DNA of 64,000 bases, from NCBI GenBank assembly GCA_038328055.1, contig JBBQLQ010000001.1, positions 3,816 to 67,815 on the forward strand, written 5' to 3'. The translations under genes were made by a program, and so were the position numbers. Below the pieces are notes generated by a model. The model was not told the DNA's origin. It searched no databases and worked only from the letters and a program-made list of their open reading frames with translations. This document shows positions 21,783 through 30,446 of this stretch, in pieces. Positions within the stretch are counted from its first letter, which is position 1. Each line of letters starts with the position of its first letter. The DNA comes from Burkholderiales bacterium. GTDB taxonomy: Bacteria > Pseudomonadota > Gammaproteobacteria > Burkholderiales > Burkholderiaceae_C.

Positions 21783-22283
21783 ATGAAAGTGTGCTGGTTT
21801 TTTACCGCCGTCACCAGTTTGGTTTTGGCGCTCGCGCAGCCCGTGCAGGCGCAGGAGTTTTTTGCCCAGGTGGGAGCCATCCCCGACGGCGACACGCTGT
21901 GGGTCAATCCCGAGGACGGCAGCGCCCCACAAAAGTTGCGCTTGCAGGGCGTTGACGCACCTGAAATTTGCCAAAGCGGCGGTGTTGCCGCGCGTGACGC
22001 GTTACGCCAACTGCTGGCCAACCGGCGGGTGCAGGTGATCGTCAAGTACCACGATGCCTATGGCAGAGGCCTGGCGCGCGTACAAGTCAGCGGTCAGGAT
22101 GCGGGTGCCCTCATGGTGCGAACAGGACAGGCTTGGTCGTCCCGCTGGCAACGCAGCCGGGGTCCTTATGCGGCAGAAGAAGTGTTGGCCCGCACTGCCA
22201 AAGCTGGCATTTTTGCCGAACCGGAACCGGAGCTACCGCGTGACTTTCGGCGTCGCCATGGCAGCTGTTATCCGTCCAGATAA
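21783..22283 (+). CDS. Thermonuclease (SNase) family protein
   Basis: Signal peptide, DGDT, LRLQGVDAPE, DAYGR. Confidence 0.88.
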   Translation: MKVCWFFTAVTSLVLALAQPVQAQEFFAQVGAIPDGDTLWVNPEDGSAPQKLRLQGVDAPEICQSGGVAARDALRQLLANRRVQVIVKYHDAYGRGLARVQVSGQDAGALMVRTGQAWSSRWQRSRGPYAAEEVLARTAKAGIFAEPEPELPRDFRRRHGSCYPSR

Positions 22284-23029
22284 GGTCTGCCACACACCGG
22301 GCAAGTTGGGTTGCGGCCGATCCTGACTTCGGTGAATTCCATGGCACGGCCGTCCAGCATCAACAGGCGCCCGGTCAGCGCCTGGCCAACACCCGCGATC
22401 AGTTTCAAGGCCTCAGCCGCTTGCATGGTGCCAATGATGCCAACCAGCGGCGCAAACACACCCATGGTGGCGCAGCGGGTTTCTTCAAAGGTCGCCTCGG
22501 GCGGGAACACGCAGGCGTAGCAGGGTGATTGCCTATCACGTGGGTCGTAGACCGCCACCTGGCCGTCAAAGCGGATGGCGGCACCGGAGACCAGCGGTTT
22601 GCCGTGCGCCACGCAAGCCGCATTGATTGCATGGCGGGTGGCAAAGTTATCACAGCAGTCCAGCACCACATCCGCCTGTGCCACCAGCGTATCCAGCAGC
22701 GCCGCGTCGGCCCGTTGGGCGATCGGGGTGACATGAACGCCAGGATTGAGCTCGGCAATGGCAGTTTGAATCGACTGCACCTTTGGCAGGCCCACGCGGG
22801 CCAGGGTGTGTGCGACTTGCCGCTGCAAATTGGTGGTGTCAACCGTGTCGTGGTCAACCACGGTGATGTGGCCGACACCCGCAGAGCCCAGGTAGAGCGC
22901 CACCGGCGAGCCCAGGCCGCCAGCACCGATGATCAGCACATGGGCGTTTTGAATGCGCTGCTGCCCTTCAACGCCGATCTCGTTGAGCAGGATGTGGCGC
23001 GAGTAGCGCAGCAGGTCGTCGTCGGTCAT
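22268..23029 (-). CDS. moeB: MoeB/ThiF family adenylyltransferase
   Basis: RYSRHILL, GAGGLG, NLQRQ, CYAC and CPVC zinc pairs. Confidence 0.85.
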   Translation of the reverse strand: MTDDDLLRYSRHILLNEIGVEGQQRIQNAHVLIIGAGGLGSPVALYLGSAGVGHITVVDHDTVDTTNLQRQVAHTLARVGLPKVQSIQTAIAELNPGVHVTPIAQRADAALLDTLVAQADVVLDCCDNFATRHAINAACVAHGKPLVSGAAIRFDGQVAVYDPRDRQSPCYACVFPPEATFEETRCATMGVFAPLVGIIGTMQAAEALKLIAGVGQALTGRLLMLDGRAMEFTEVRIGRNPTCPVCGRPYLDG

Positions 23030-23096
23030 TGCGGAACTCTTTGGTTGGGTACAGCGCTGGCTCACTTCGTGTCAGTCAGAGCAACCCAACAAGAGC

Positions 23097-24566
23097 TTAG
23101 TTTTCTTTCTTTTCTTCGGGTCGCTCAACCTGCGTCTTGCTGACCAGAACCGGCAAACCTTTAAGTTGCTTGAGGGCCTGAATCAGCTGAAAGTCTTTGT
23201 CAGAGCCAAACTCTGGTGCCTTGCGCTCGGATGCGGGCTTTTTCATCTCATCTTCAAGCTTTTTGCGCGCTTCTTCACGGGCCTTTTCGCGGCTGTCGTC
23301 CTTTACCTCGGCACTCTGGCCGTTGCCAAGGTGTTTTTCCAGATCAGCTTCACGGGTGCGCAGGGCGGCAAACAGGTTGCCCTCTTCGGACTCGTCAATC
23401 ATCACGTCGGGGACGATGCCCTTGGCTTGAATTGATTTGCCGCTGGGTGTGTAGTAGCGGCTGGTGGTGAGCTTGAGCGCCGCAGTCGGGCAGTTGTCCA
23501 TCCGAAAAGCCGAATCAAGACAGACGGCGGTTTGCACCGACCCCTTGCCAAAAGTCTGGCTGCCGAGCAATTTGGCCCGTTTGTGATCCTGCAAGGCACC
23601 CGCGACGATCTCGCTGGCTGACGCTGAGCCTTCGTTGACCAATACCACCAGGGGGACTGATTTCAGCGCCCCTCGGGTGACTTCCTCCAGATGCTTGAGC
23701 GGATCAGAGCCCCGGCGTGCGTAGTATTGGGGTGATGCCTTGTAGCTGAACTTGCTTTCGGGCAACTGGCCATTGGCCGTCACGATGGTCACGTTTTCTG
23801 GCAAAAATGCCGCAGAAATGGCCACCGCAGCATCCAGATAGCCACCCGGGTCGTTGCGCAAGTCCAGCACCAGACCTTTGAGCTTGGGCTCCTGTTTGTA
23901 AATTTCTTCCATCTTGCGGGCGAAGTCGGCCACCGTGCGCTCCTGGAACTGGCTCAGTCGAATCCAGGCGTAGCCCGGCTCAATCACCTTGCTGCGCACG
24001 GATTGGGTGCGGATTTCTTCGCGCACGATGGTGACCGTGAAAGTGCGGTTTTCTTCCTTGCGGAAAATACTCAGCAGCACCTTGGTATTGGGCTCGCCGC
24101 GCATGCGCTTGACCCCTTCGTTGAGCGTCAGGCCTTTGACGGGCGTGTCATCAATCTTGACGATCAAATCGTTCGGCTTGAGGCCGGCCCGAAACGCGGG
24201 CGAGCCCTCAATCGGTGACACCACCTTGATCAGACCGTCTTCCTGCGAAATTTCGATGCCGACGCCGACAAACTTGCCCGTCGTGCCTTCGTTGAAGTCT
24301 TTCAGCGCCTTCTTGTCCAGGTAGACCGAGTGCGGATCAAGCCCGGCCACCATGCCGGCAATGGCATCGGTGATGAGTTTTTTCTCGTCCACCGGCTCCA
24401 CATAATTGCTTTTGACCATGCCAAACACGGCCGCGAGCTGCTGCAGCTCTTCGAGCGGCAAGGGCGCCAGCGTGCCGCGTGCCACGGTTTGCAAGGACAC
24501 GGTGGTCAGGGCTCCGGCCATGACACCGACCGAAATCCAGCCGGCAATTTTCAGTTTTTGACCCAT
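23097..24566 (-). CDS. ctpA: Carboxyl-terminal processing protease (S41A, PDZ)
   Basis: LDPHS, GVGIEI, DLRNDPGG, SASASEIVAGAL, GKGSVQ. Confidence 0.9.
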   Translation of the reverse strand: MGQKLKIAGWISVGVMAGALTTVSLQTVARGTLAPLPLEELQQLAAVFGMVKSNYVEPVDEKKLITDAIAGMVAGLDPHSVYLDKKALKDFNEGTTGKFVGVGIEISQEDGLIKVVSPIEGSPAFRAGLKPNDLIVKIDDTPVKGLTLNEGVKRMRGEPNTKVLLSIFRKEENRTFTVTIVREEIRTQSVRSKVIEPGYAWIRLSQFQERTVADFARKMEEIYKQEPKLKGLVLDLRNDPGGYLDAAVAISAAFLPENVTIVTANGQLPESKFSYKASPQYYARRGSDPLKHLEEVTRGALKSVPLVVLVNEGSASASEIVAGALQDHKRAKLLGSQTFGKGSVQTAVCLDSAFRMDNCPTAALKLTTSRYYTPSGKSIQAKGIVPDVMIDESEEGNLFAALRTREADLEKHLGNGQSAEVKDDSREKAREEARKKLEDEMKKPASERKAPEFGSDKDFQLIQALKQLKGLPVLVSKTQVERPEEKKEN

Positions 24567-24656
24567 TGTGTGATTCCAGAGCTTGTAGCGCGAGTTGAAT
24601 TGAGTCGATTGGAGTCTTGGCAGCGGCGCAGGTTCCGCTGAAATTGCAGGAAAATT

Positions 24657-25400
24657 TCAGGTTTTTCCTTGCGCTGCCACCGCCGCTGCGGCCTTGGCTG
24701 CCGCTTGAGCGTCGCCCAGATAGTAATGCCGGATCGGTTTCAGCTCTGCATCAAGCTCATAAACCAGTGGAATTCCATTGGGAATATTCAGGCCGACGAT
24801 GTCGTCATCAGAAATATTGTCAAGGTATTTGACCAGCGCGCGGATCGAATTACCGTGCGCGACCACCAGCACGCGCTTGCCTTTTTGAATCGCCGGTGCC
24901 AGCGCTTCAGTCCAGAACGGCATGACGCGCGCCACTGTGTCTTTCAAGCATTCGGTCAACGGAATTTGTTCGGGTGGCAGCTTGGCATAGCGAATGTCAC
25001 TGCGCTCGCAGCGCGGGTCGGCGGGGTCGAGCGCGGGCGGCGGCGTGTCGTAGCTGCGCCGCCAGGCCAACACCTGGGCATCGCCATATTGTTTGGCAGT
25101 TTCTGATTTGTTCAGACCTTGCAGGGCACCGTAGTGGCGCTCATTGAGCCGCCAGCTGTTGACCACTGGCAGCCAGGTGCGATCCATTTCGTCGAGCACA
25201 TGCCACAGGGTGCGGGTGGAGCGTTTGAGCACGCTGGTGTAGGTCACGTCAAAGTCGTAACCCTCGGCTTTCAGTAGGCGACCGCCCAGCACAGCCTGCT
25301 CAAGGCCGAGGGGTGTCAGGTCAACATCGGTCCAGCCGGTGAAGCGGTTTTCAAGATTCCAGGTGGATTCGCCGTGGCGGATAAGAACAAGTTTGTACAT
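24657..25400 (-). CDS. gpmA: 2,3-bisphosphoglycerate-dependent phosphoglycerate mutase
   Basis: [28 protein letters not shown]. Confidence 0.96.
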   Translation of the reverse strand: MYKLVLIRHGESTWNLENRFTGWTDVDLTPLGLEQAVLGGRLLKAEGYDFDVTYTSVLKRSTRTLWHVLDEMDRTWLPVVNSWRLNERHYGALQGLNKSETAKQYGDAQVLAWRRSYDTPPPALDPADPRCERSDIRYAKLPPEQIPLTECLKDTVARVMPFWTEALAPAIQKGKRVLVVAHGNSIRALVKYLDNISDDDIVGLNIPNGIPLVYELDAELKPIRHYYLGDAQAAAKAAAAVAAQGKT

Positions 25401-25483
25401 GATTTTGGGTAGTGGACTGCGGGGTCAAGCTGGTGCATTCTAAAATGCCCGGCTCTGGTTCAAGCTAACACAAGGATTTACAC

Positions 25484-25891
25484 GTGAAATTTATTCTCGA
25501 CAACTGGATGTTGATCGCCGTCGCCCTGTCGGCTGCAGGCATGCTGCTGTGGCCCACTCTCAGTAGCGGGGGGCCTGGCGCATTGAGCGCTGATGGTGCG
25601 GTGCAGCTCATGAACCGCGAAAAAGCGGTGGTGGTAGACATCTGCGAGCCGGCTGAATTCGCTGCCGGTCATGTGATGGGTGCCAAAAACATCCCGATGG
25701 GCCAGTTGCAGGACAAATTGGCGGGCGCTGTCAAAAACAAGACCTTGCCCTTGATTCTGGTGTGCCAGTCCGGCGCGCGCAGCAACCGCGCGGTGGCCAT
25801 TGCCAAAAAACTGGGGTTTGAGAAGGTGCAGTCGCTCTCGGGCGGCCTGAGTGCCTGGCGCAGTGCCAATTTGCCTGTTGAAAAGACCTAA
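25484..25891 (+). CDS. Rhodanese-like membrane protein (YibN-like)
   Basis: N-terminal TM, GHVMGAKNIP, VCQSGARS; in rhodanese-grxC-secB-gpsA operon. Confidence 0.9.
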   Translation: MKFILDNWMLIAVALSAAGMLLWPTLSSGGPGALSADGAVQLMNREKAVVVDICEPAEFAAGHVMGAKNIPMGQLQDKLAGAVKNKTLPLILVCQSGARSNRAVAIAKKLGFEKVQSLSGGLSAWRSANLPVEKT

Positions 25892-25916
25892 ACCTGAAAC
25901 TTTGCGAAAGATTGAC

Positions 25917-26177
25917 ATGCAAACCGTCAAGATGTACACCACCGCCGTTTGCCCCTATTGCATTCGCGCCAAGCAACTGCTCAAGGCCCGTGGCGTTGAG
26001 CAAATCGAAGAAATCCGCATTGACCTCCTGCCCGTCGCGCGCGACCAGATGATGGCTTCGACCGGGCGGCGCACCGTGCCGCAGATTTTCATTGGCGACA
26101 CCCATGTGGGTGGCTGCGATGACCTGATGGCGCTTGACGGCAAGGGCGGTTTGCTGCCTTTGCTGGCTGGCGCTTGA
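25917..26177 (+). CDS. grxC: Glutaredoxin 3
   Basis: CPYC, TVPQIFI, GGCDD. Confidence 0.95.
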   Translation: MQTVKMYTTAVCPYCIRAKQLLKARGVEQIEEIRIDLLPVARDQMMASTGRRTVPQIFIGDTHVGGCDDLMALDGKGGLLPLLAGA

Positions 26178-26210
26178 GACAATTTCCTTTTTTTAAACCG
26201 AGAAAATCCC

Positions 26211-26681
26211 ATGACTGATACCCAAGCTTCCGAACAAAACCCCGTTTTTCAAATTCAGCGCGTCTACCTCAAAGAAGCTTCGCTGGAGCAACCCAATTCG
26301 CCCGCCATTTTGCTGGTGCAGGAGCAGCCCACGGTGGACATTCAACTCGGTGTCAATGCGGCCCCGGTGGGTGACAACGTGTTTGAAGTCACGGTGACGG
26401 CCACGGTGCAGACCAAGATTCAAGACAAAACCGTGTTTCTGGTGGAAGTCACGCAAGCCGGTATTTTCGAGATTCGCAATTTGCCGCCAGAGCAGATGGG
26501 GCCGATCATGGGCATTGCCTGCCCGCAAATCGTCTACCCCTATTTGCGTGGCAATGTGGCTGACTTGATTCAACGTGCCGGCTTCCCGCCCGTGCACCTG
26601 TCTGAAATCAACTTTCAAGCCATGTATGAGCAGCAGCAAGCGGCGCAGTCGGCCGACGCGCCAGCCGTCACTGTGCAATAA
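26211..26681 (+). CDS. secB: Protein-export chaperone
   Basis: [31 protein letters not shown]. Confidence 0.95.
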   Translation: MTDTQASEQNPVFQIQRVYLKEASLEQPNSPAILLVQEQPTVDIQLGVNAAPVGDNVFEVTVTATVQTKIQDKTVFLVEVTQAGIFEIRNLPPEQMGPIMGIACPQIVYPYLRGNVADLIQRAGFPPVHLSEINFQAMYEQQQAAQSADAPAVTVQ

Positions 26682-26692
26682 ATATTAATGCA

Positions 26693-26746
26693 TTTTAGGC
26701 CTCTAGCCCCCGTATCCATTGCGTAAGCAGCTATGAAAATCATAGT
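26693..26746 (-). repeat. 54-bp dispersed motif copy 5 (spans gpsA start codon)
   Basis: Reverse strand: ACTA tgattttca TAGC tgctt ACGC aatggatac GGGGGCTAGAGGC cta AAA. Confidence 0.88.
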
Positions 26747-27764
26747 AATTGGTGCGGGTGCCTGGGGTACAGCGCTGGCCACCAACGCCGCCGGCAAGGC
26801 ATCTGCCGGGCATCAGGTGACGCTGTGGGCGCGCGACGCGGCGCAGGCGCAGGCTTTGCAGTCGCAGCGCGAAAACAGCCGCTATCTGCCCGGCGTGGCG
26901 CTGTCGCCCAATCTGACCATCAGCGCGGTGGCATTGGCGCAGTTGGCCAGTTTGGCCTCGGGTGCTGACCTGGTCGTGGTCGCCACCCCCATGGCGGCCC
27001 TGCGCCAGATGTTGCAAACGCTGCGCGCCTGTCCGGCCCCGGTGGCTTGGCTGTGCAAAGGCTTTGAAGCTCCGGTTTCAGGGTCTTTTGGGCTTCTAGC
27101 CCATGAAATACAAGCGCAGGCAGCTCCTGATTTAATAGCAGGCATCCTGAGTGGTCCGAGCTTTGCGTTGGAGGTGGCTCGGGCCCAGCCAACCGCTCTG
27201 GTGGCCGCCAGTGCCCATGATGCGGTTCGCCAGGCCTTGGTGGCCGCTTTTCATAGCCCAACGCTGCGTATTTATGCCAACGACGACATCGTGGGGGTTG
27301 AAGTCGGTGGCGCGGTCAAAAACGTGTTGGCAATTGCCACCGGCTTGTGCGACGGGCTGAGCCTGGGCCTGAACGCCCGTGCTGCCTTGATTACCCGTGG
27401 CCTAGCCGAGATGACGCGGCTGGGACTGGCCTTGGGCGCGCGCGCTGAAACCTTCATGGGCTTGAGCGGCCTGGGTGACCTGGTATTGACGTCGACTGGC
27501 GATTTGTCGCGCAACCGCCAGGTCGGCCTGGCGTTGGCGCACGGCCAATCGTTGGCGCAGGCCACCGGCGCGCTGGGCCACGTGGCCGAAGGGGTTTACA
27601 GTGCCCGTACCGTGGTGCAGCGTGCGGCGCACCTTGGGGTGGACATGCCGATTGCCCAGGCGGTAGTGGCCTTGCTTGACGGACACATGACACCCGCGCA
27701 AGCAGTGGTGTCCCTGATGGGGCGCGAGCCAACCGACGAGCTGGTTCAGGCCGCATCAATTTGA
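26733..27764 (+). CDS. gpsA: NAD(P)H-dependent glycerol-3-phosphate dehydrogenase
   Basis: [35 protein letters not shown]. Confidence 0.95.
   Translation: MKIIVIGAGAWGTALATNAAGKASAGHQVTLWARDAAQAQALQSQRENSRYLPGVALSPNLTISAVALAQLASLASGADLVVVATPMAALRQMLQTLRACPAPVAWLCKGFEAPVSGSFGLLAHEIQAQAAPDLIAGILSGPSFALEVARAQPTALVAASAHDAVRQALVAAFHSPTLRIYANDDIVGVEVGGAVKNVLAIATGLCDGLSLGLNARAALITRGLAEMTRLGLALGARAETFMGLSGLGDLVLTSTGDLSRNRQVGLALAHGQSLAQATGALGHVAEGVYSARTVVQRAAHLGVDMPIAQAVVALLDGHMTPAQAVVSLMGREPTDELVQAASI
27086..27139 (-). repeat. 54-bp dispersed motif copy 6 (inside gpsA CDS)
   Basis: Reverse strand: GCTA ttaaatcag GAGC tgcct GCGC ttgtatttc ATGGGCTAGAAGC cca AAA. Confidence 0.88.
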
Positions 27765-27785
27765 TCCGCATTTTCAAAAGGACAG

Positions 27786-28667
27786 GTGATGACTTCATTG
27801 ATGGAACTCTCGAAATCAGCCGTGGCCGAACTGGCCCGGCAAGACGTTGCCCGTGCCTTGCAGGAAGATGTGGGTGCGGCTGATCTCACGGCGGGCCTGG
27901 TGGACCCTGCGCTGCACGCTTGTGCCCGCATCATCGCCCGCGAAGAAGCGGTGATTTGTGGTGCCGCCTGGGTGCAGGCCGCCTTTGAGCAGGCAGACCC
28001 GACCGTGCAGATCGTCTGGCACGTGCCTGAGGGCCACCGCTGCCGGGCTGAACAGGTGGTGCTGGAAGTGCATGGCTCGGCCAGAGCCTTGTTGACCGCT
28101 GAGCGCACGGCGCTTAATTTTTTGCAGTTGCTCAGCGCCGTGGCCAGCAAGACCAGCGATTTTGTGCAAGCCGTGCGTGAGGTGCCGGGCTCGCGGGCCC
28201 ATATTGTCGACACCCGTAAAACCCTGCCGGGGCTGCGACTGGCGCAAAAATACGCCGTGCGTACCGGCGGCGGGGTCAACCACCGTTTGGGTCTGTATGA
28301 CGCGGTGTTGGTCAAGGAAAACCACATTGCCGCCGCTGGTGGCATCACCGCCGTGCTGCGCCGCGCCGCCGAGGTGGCACCAACGGCGAAGTTTGTCGAG
28401 ATCGAGGTTGAATCACTGGCACAACTTGAGGAAGCCCTGAGCGCGGGTGCCACCATGGTGCTGCTCGACAACATGGGCTTTGCCCAGTTGCACGAGGCGG
28501 TGCGCATCAATGCCGGTCGTGCCACGCTGGAAGTCTCGGGCGGGGTCAATATGTCGAGCGTGCGGGCGATTGCCGCCACCGGCGTGGACCGTATCTCGAT
28601 TGGGGCTTTGACCAAGGATGTCAAGGCCATCGATTTTTCAATGAGATTCGGCTGCAGCCCTCTTTGA
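27786..28667 (+). CDS. nadC: Nicotinate-nucleotide diphosphorylase (carboxylating)
   Basis: ALQEDVG..DLT, ERTALNFLQ, DTRKTLPG, HRLGLYD, KENH; exact start uncertain. Confidence 0.94.
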   Translation: MMTSLMELSKSAVAELARQDVARALQEDVGAADLTAGLVDPALHACARIIAREEAVICGAAWVQAAFEQADPTVQIVWHVPEGHRCRAEQVVLEVHGSARALLTAERTALNFLQLLSAVASKTSDFVQAVREVPGSRAHIVDTRKTLPGLRLAQKYAVRTGGGVNHRLGLYDAVLVKENHIAAAGGITAVLRRAAEVAPTAKFVEIEVESLAQLEEALSAGATMVLLDNMGFAQLHEAVRINAGRATLEVSGGVNMSSVRAIAATGVDRISIGALTKDVKAIDFSMRFGCSPL

Positions 28668-28698
28668 TACTGCGTTAGCTGCTATGAATTTTGATAAC
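28644..28698 (-). repeat. 54-bp dispersed motif copy 7 (spans nadC stop codon)
   Basis: Reverse strand: GTTA tcaaaattca TAGC agcta ACGC agtatcaaa GAGGGCTGCAGCC (first spacer 10 nt). Confidence 0.75.
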
Positions 28699-28708
28699 AG
28701 GAGTTGAC

Positions 28709-29845
28709 ATGACTGACACCGTCGCGGGCTTCAAGGAAGTCGATTACGAGCAGCCCGAGGGCTTGGACGCTGCCAGCTCCCCGGTGTGCGCCACCCGACA
28801 TGTCTGGGCCCGCGTGCCGGTCGAACCAAGCCCGGTGGAGCGTGTGCAGCTCAAAGACAAAATCCGACATCTGTTGAAAGAAAAAAACGCCGTCATGGTG
28901 TCGCACTACTACGTGCACCCTGATTTGCAGGATCTGGCCGAGGAAACCGGCGGTCTGGTCAGCGATTCGCTGGAAATGGCGCGCTTTGGCCGCGACCATG
29001 CAGCCCAAACGCTGGTGGTCTCGGGCGTGCGGTTCATGGGTGAAACTGCCAAGATTTTGTCGCCCGAAAAGCGCATCCTGATGCCCGACCTAGAGGCCAC
29101 TTGCTCGCTTGACCTGGGCTGCCCGGCAGATGAGTTCAGTAAGTTTTGCGATGCCCACCCGAACCGCACCGTGGTGGTGTATGCCAACACCAGTGCAGCC
29201 GTCAAGGCCCGGTCTGACTGGTTGGTGACATCAAGCTGCGCACTGGACGTGGTCACTGCTTTGAAAGACCAGGGCCACAAGATTTTGTGGGCACCCGACC
29301 GGCACCTGGGCGGCTACATCCAGCGCGAGACCGGTGCCGACATGGTGATGTGGGGCGGCTCCTGCATCGTGCACGACGAGTTCAAGGCGTTGGACTTGCA
29401 AGCCTTGATGAAGGAGCACCCCGGTGCCAAAGTGCTGGTCCACCCCGAATCGCCTGCGGACGTGGTGGCGCTGGCCGATGCGGTGGGCTCCACCTCGGGC
29501 ATTTTGAAGGCCGCCCGCGAGATGGATGCCAAAGAGTTCATCGTGGCCACCGACAACGGCATGATGCACAAGTTGCGCACCCAAAATCCCGGCAAGGTGT
29601 TTCTGGAAGCGCCCACAGGTGGCAACAGCGCCACCTGCAAGAGCTGCGCCCATTGCCCGTGGATGGCCATGAACAGCCTGGCTGACGTGGCGCGGGTGCT
29701 GGAAACCGGTGCCAACGAGGTGCAGGTCGATCCGGCCTTGGGCCTGCGCGCCCGCCTGCCAATTGACCGCATGCTGGCCTTTACCGCAGCGCTCAACAAT
29801 GGTCAAGTGCCTGGTAGCCTTGTAGCCCATATTGGTGCTGCGTAG
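28709..29845 (+). CDS. nadA: Quinolinate synthase
   Basis: [37 protein letters not shown]. Confidence 0.95.
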   Translation: MTDTVAGFKEVDYEQPEGLDAASSPVCATRHVWARVPVEPSPVERVQLKDKIRHLLKEKNAVMVSHYYVHPDLQDLAEETGGLVSDSLEMARFGRDHAAQTLVVSGVRFMGETAKILSPEKRILMPDLEATCSLDLGCPADEFSKFCDAHPNRTVVVYANTSAAVKARSDWLVTSSCALDVVTALKDQGHKILWAPDRHLGGYIQRETGADMVMWGGSCIVHDEFKALDLQALMKEHPGAKVLVHPESPADVVALADAVGSTSGILKAAREMDAKEFIVATDNGMMHKLRTQNPGKVFLEAPTGGNSATCKSCAHCPWMAMNSLADVARVLETGANEVQVDPALGLRARLPIDRMLAFTAALNNGQVPGSLVAHIGAA

Positions 29846-29865
29846 TTAGCTATTTTTTCTATAGC
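29812..29865 (-). repeat. 54-bp dispersed motif copy 8 (spans nadA stop codon)
   Basis: Reverse strand: GCTA tagaaaaaa TAGC taact ACGC agcaccaat ATGGGCTACAAGG. Confidence 0.86.
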
Positions 29866-29872
29866 AATTGGT

Positions 29873-30433
29873 ATGAGCAAAGCTTTCACCAAAGAAGCCG
29901 ATGGCGATGACGAGGACGATGCGCAACTGCCTGAGCTGCCCGCCAGTGGCAAGAACTACATCACACCCCAGGGCTACGCGGCCTTGCGTTTGGAGCTGTT
30001 TGACCTGATCGACGTGGAACGGCCCAAAATCGTCGATGTGGTTCATTGGGCCGCCAGCAATGGGGACCGCTCTGAAAACGGCGATTACATCTATGGCAAG
30101 AAGCGACTGCGCGAAATTGACCGCCGAATCCGTTTCCTGACCAAGCGCCTTGAAATCGCCGAAGTGATTGACCCGTCGGTGCACCATGGCAATGAGCAGA
30201 TTTTCTTTGGTGCCACGGTGGTCTATCTGGACGATGTCGGCCTTGAGCGCAGCATCACCATCATGGGTATCGATGAAGCAGTGAGCAGCCAGGGCGAGGT
30301 CAGCTGGGTGTCGCCGATTTCCAGAACGCTGCTGAAAGCCCGCTTGGGTGATGTGCTGAAATTGATCACGCCAGCCGGTTCGGTCGAGATTGAAGTCACC
30401 CGCGTCAGCTATCCGCCTCCGGTCAGGCATTGA
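29873..30433 (+). CDS. greB: Transcription elongation factor
   Basis: KNYITPQG, WAASNGDRSENGDYIYGKKRLREIDRRIRFL. Confidence 0.95.
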   Translation: MSKAFTKEADGDDEDDAQLPELPASGKNYITPQGYAALRLELFDLIDVERPKIVDVVHWAASNGDRSENGDYIYGKKRLREIDRRIRFLTKRLEIAEVIDPSVHHGNEQIFFGATVVYLDDVGLERSITIMGIDEAVSSQGEVSWVSPISRTLLKARLGDVLKLITPAGSVEIEVTRVSYPPPVRH

Positions 30434-30446
30434 TGGCGGCCGGGGT

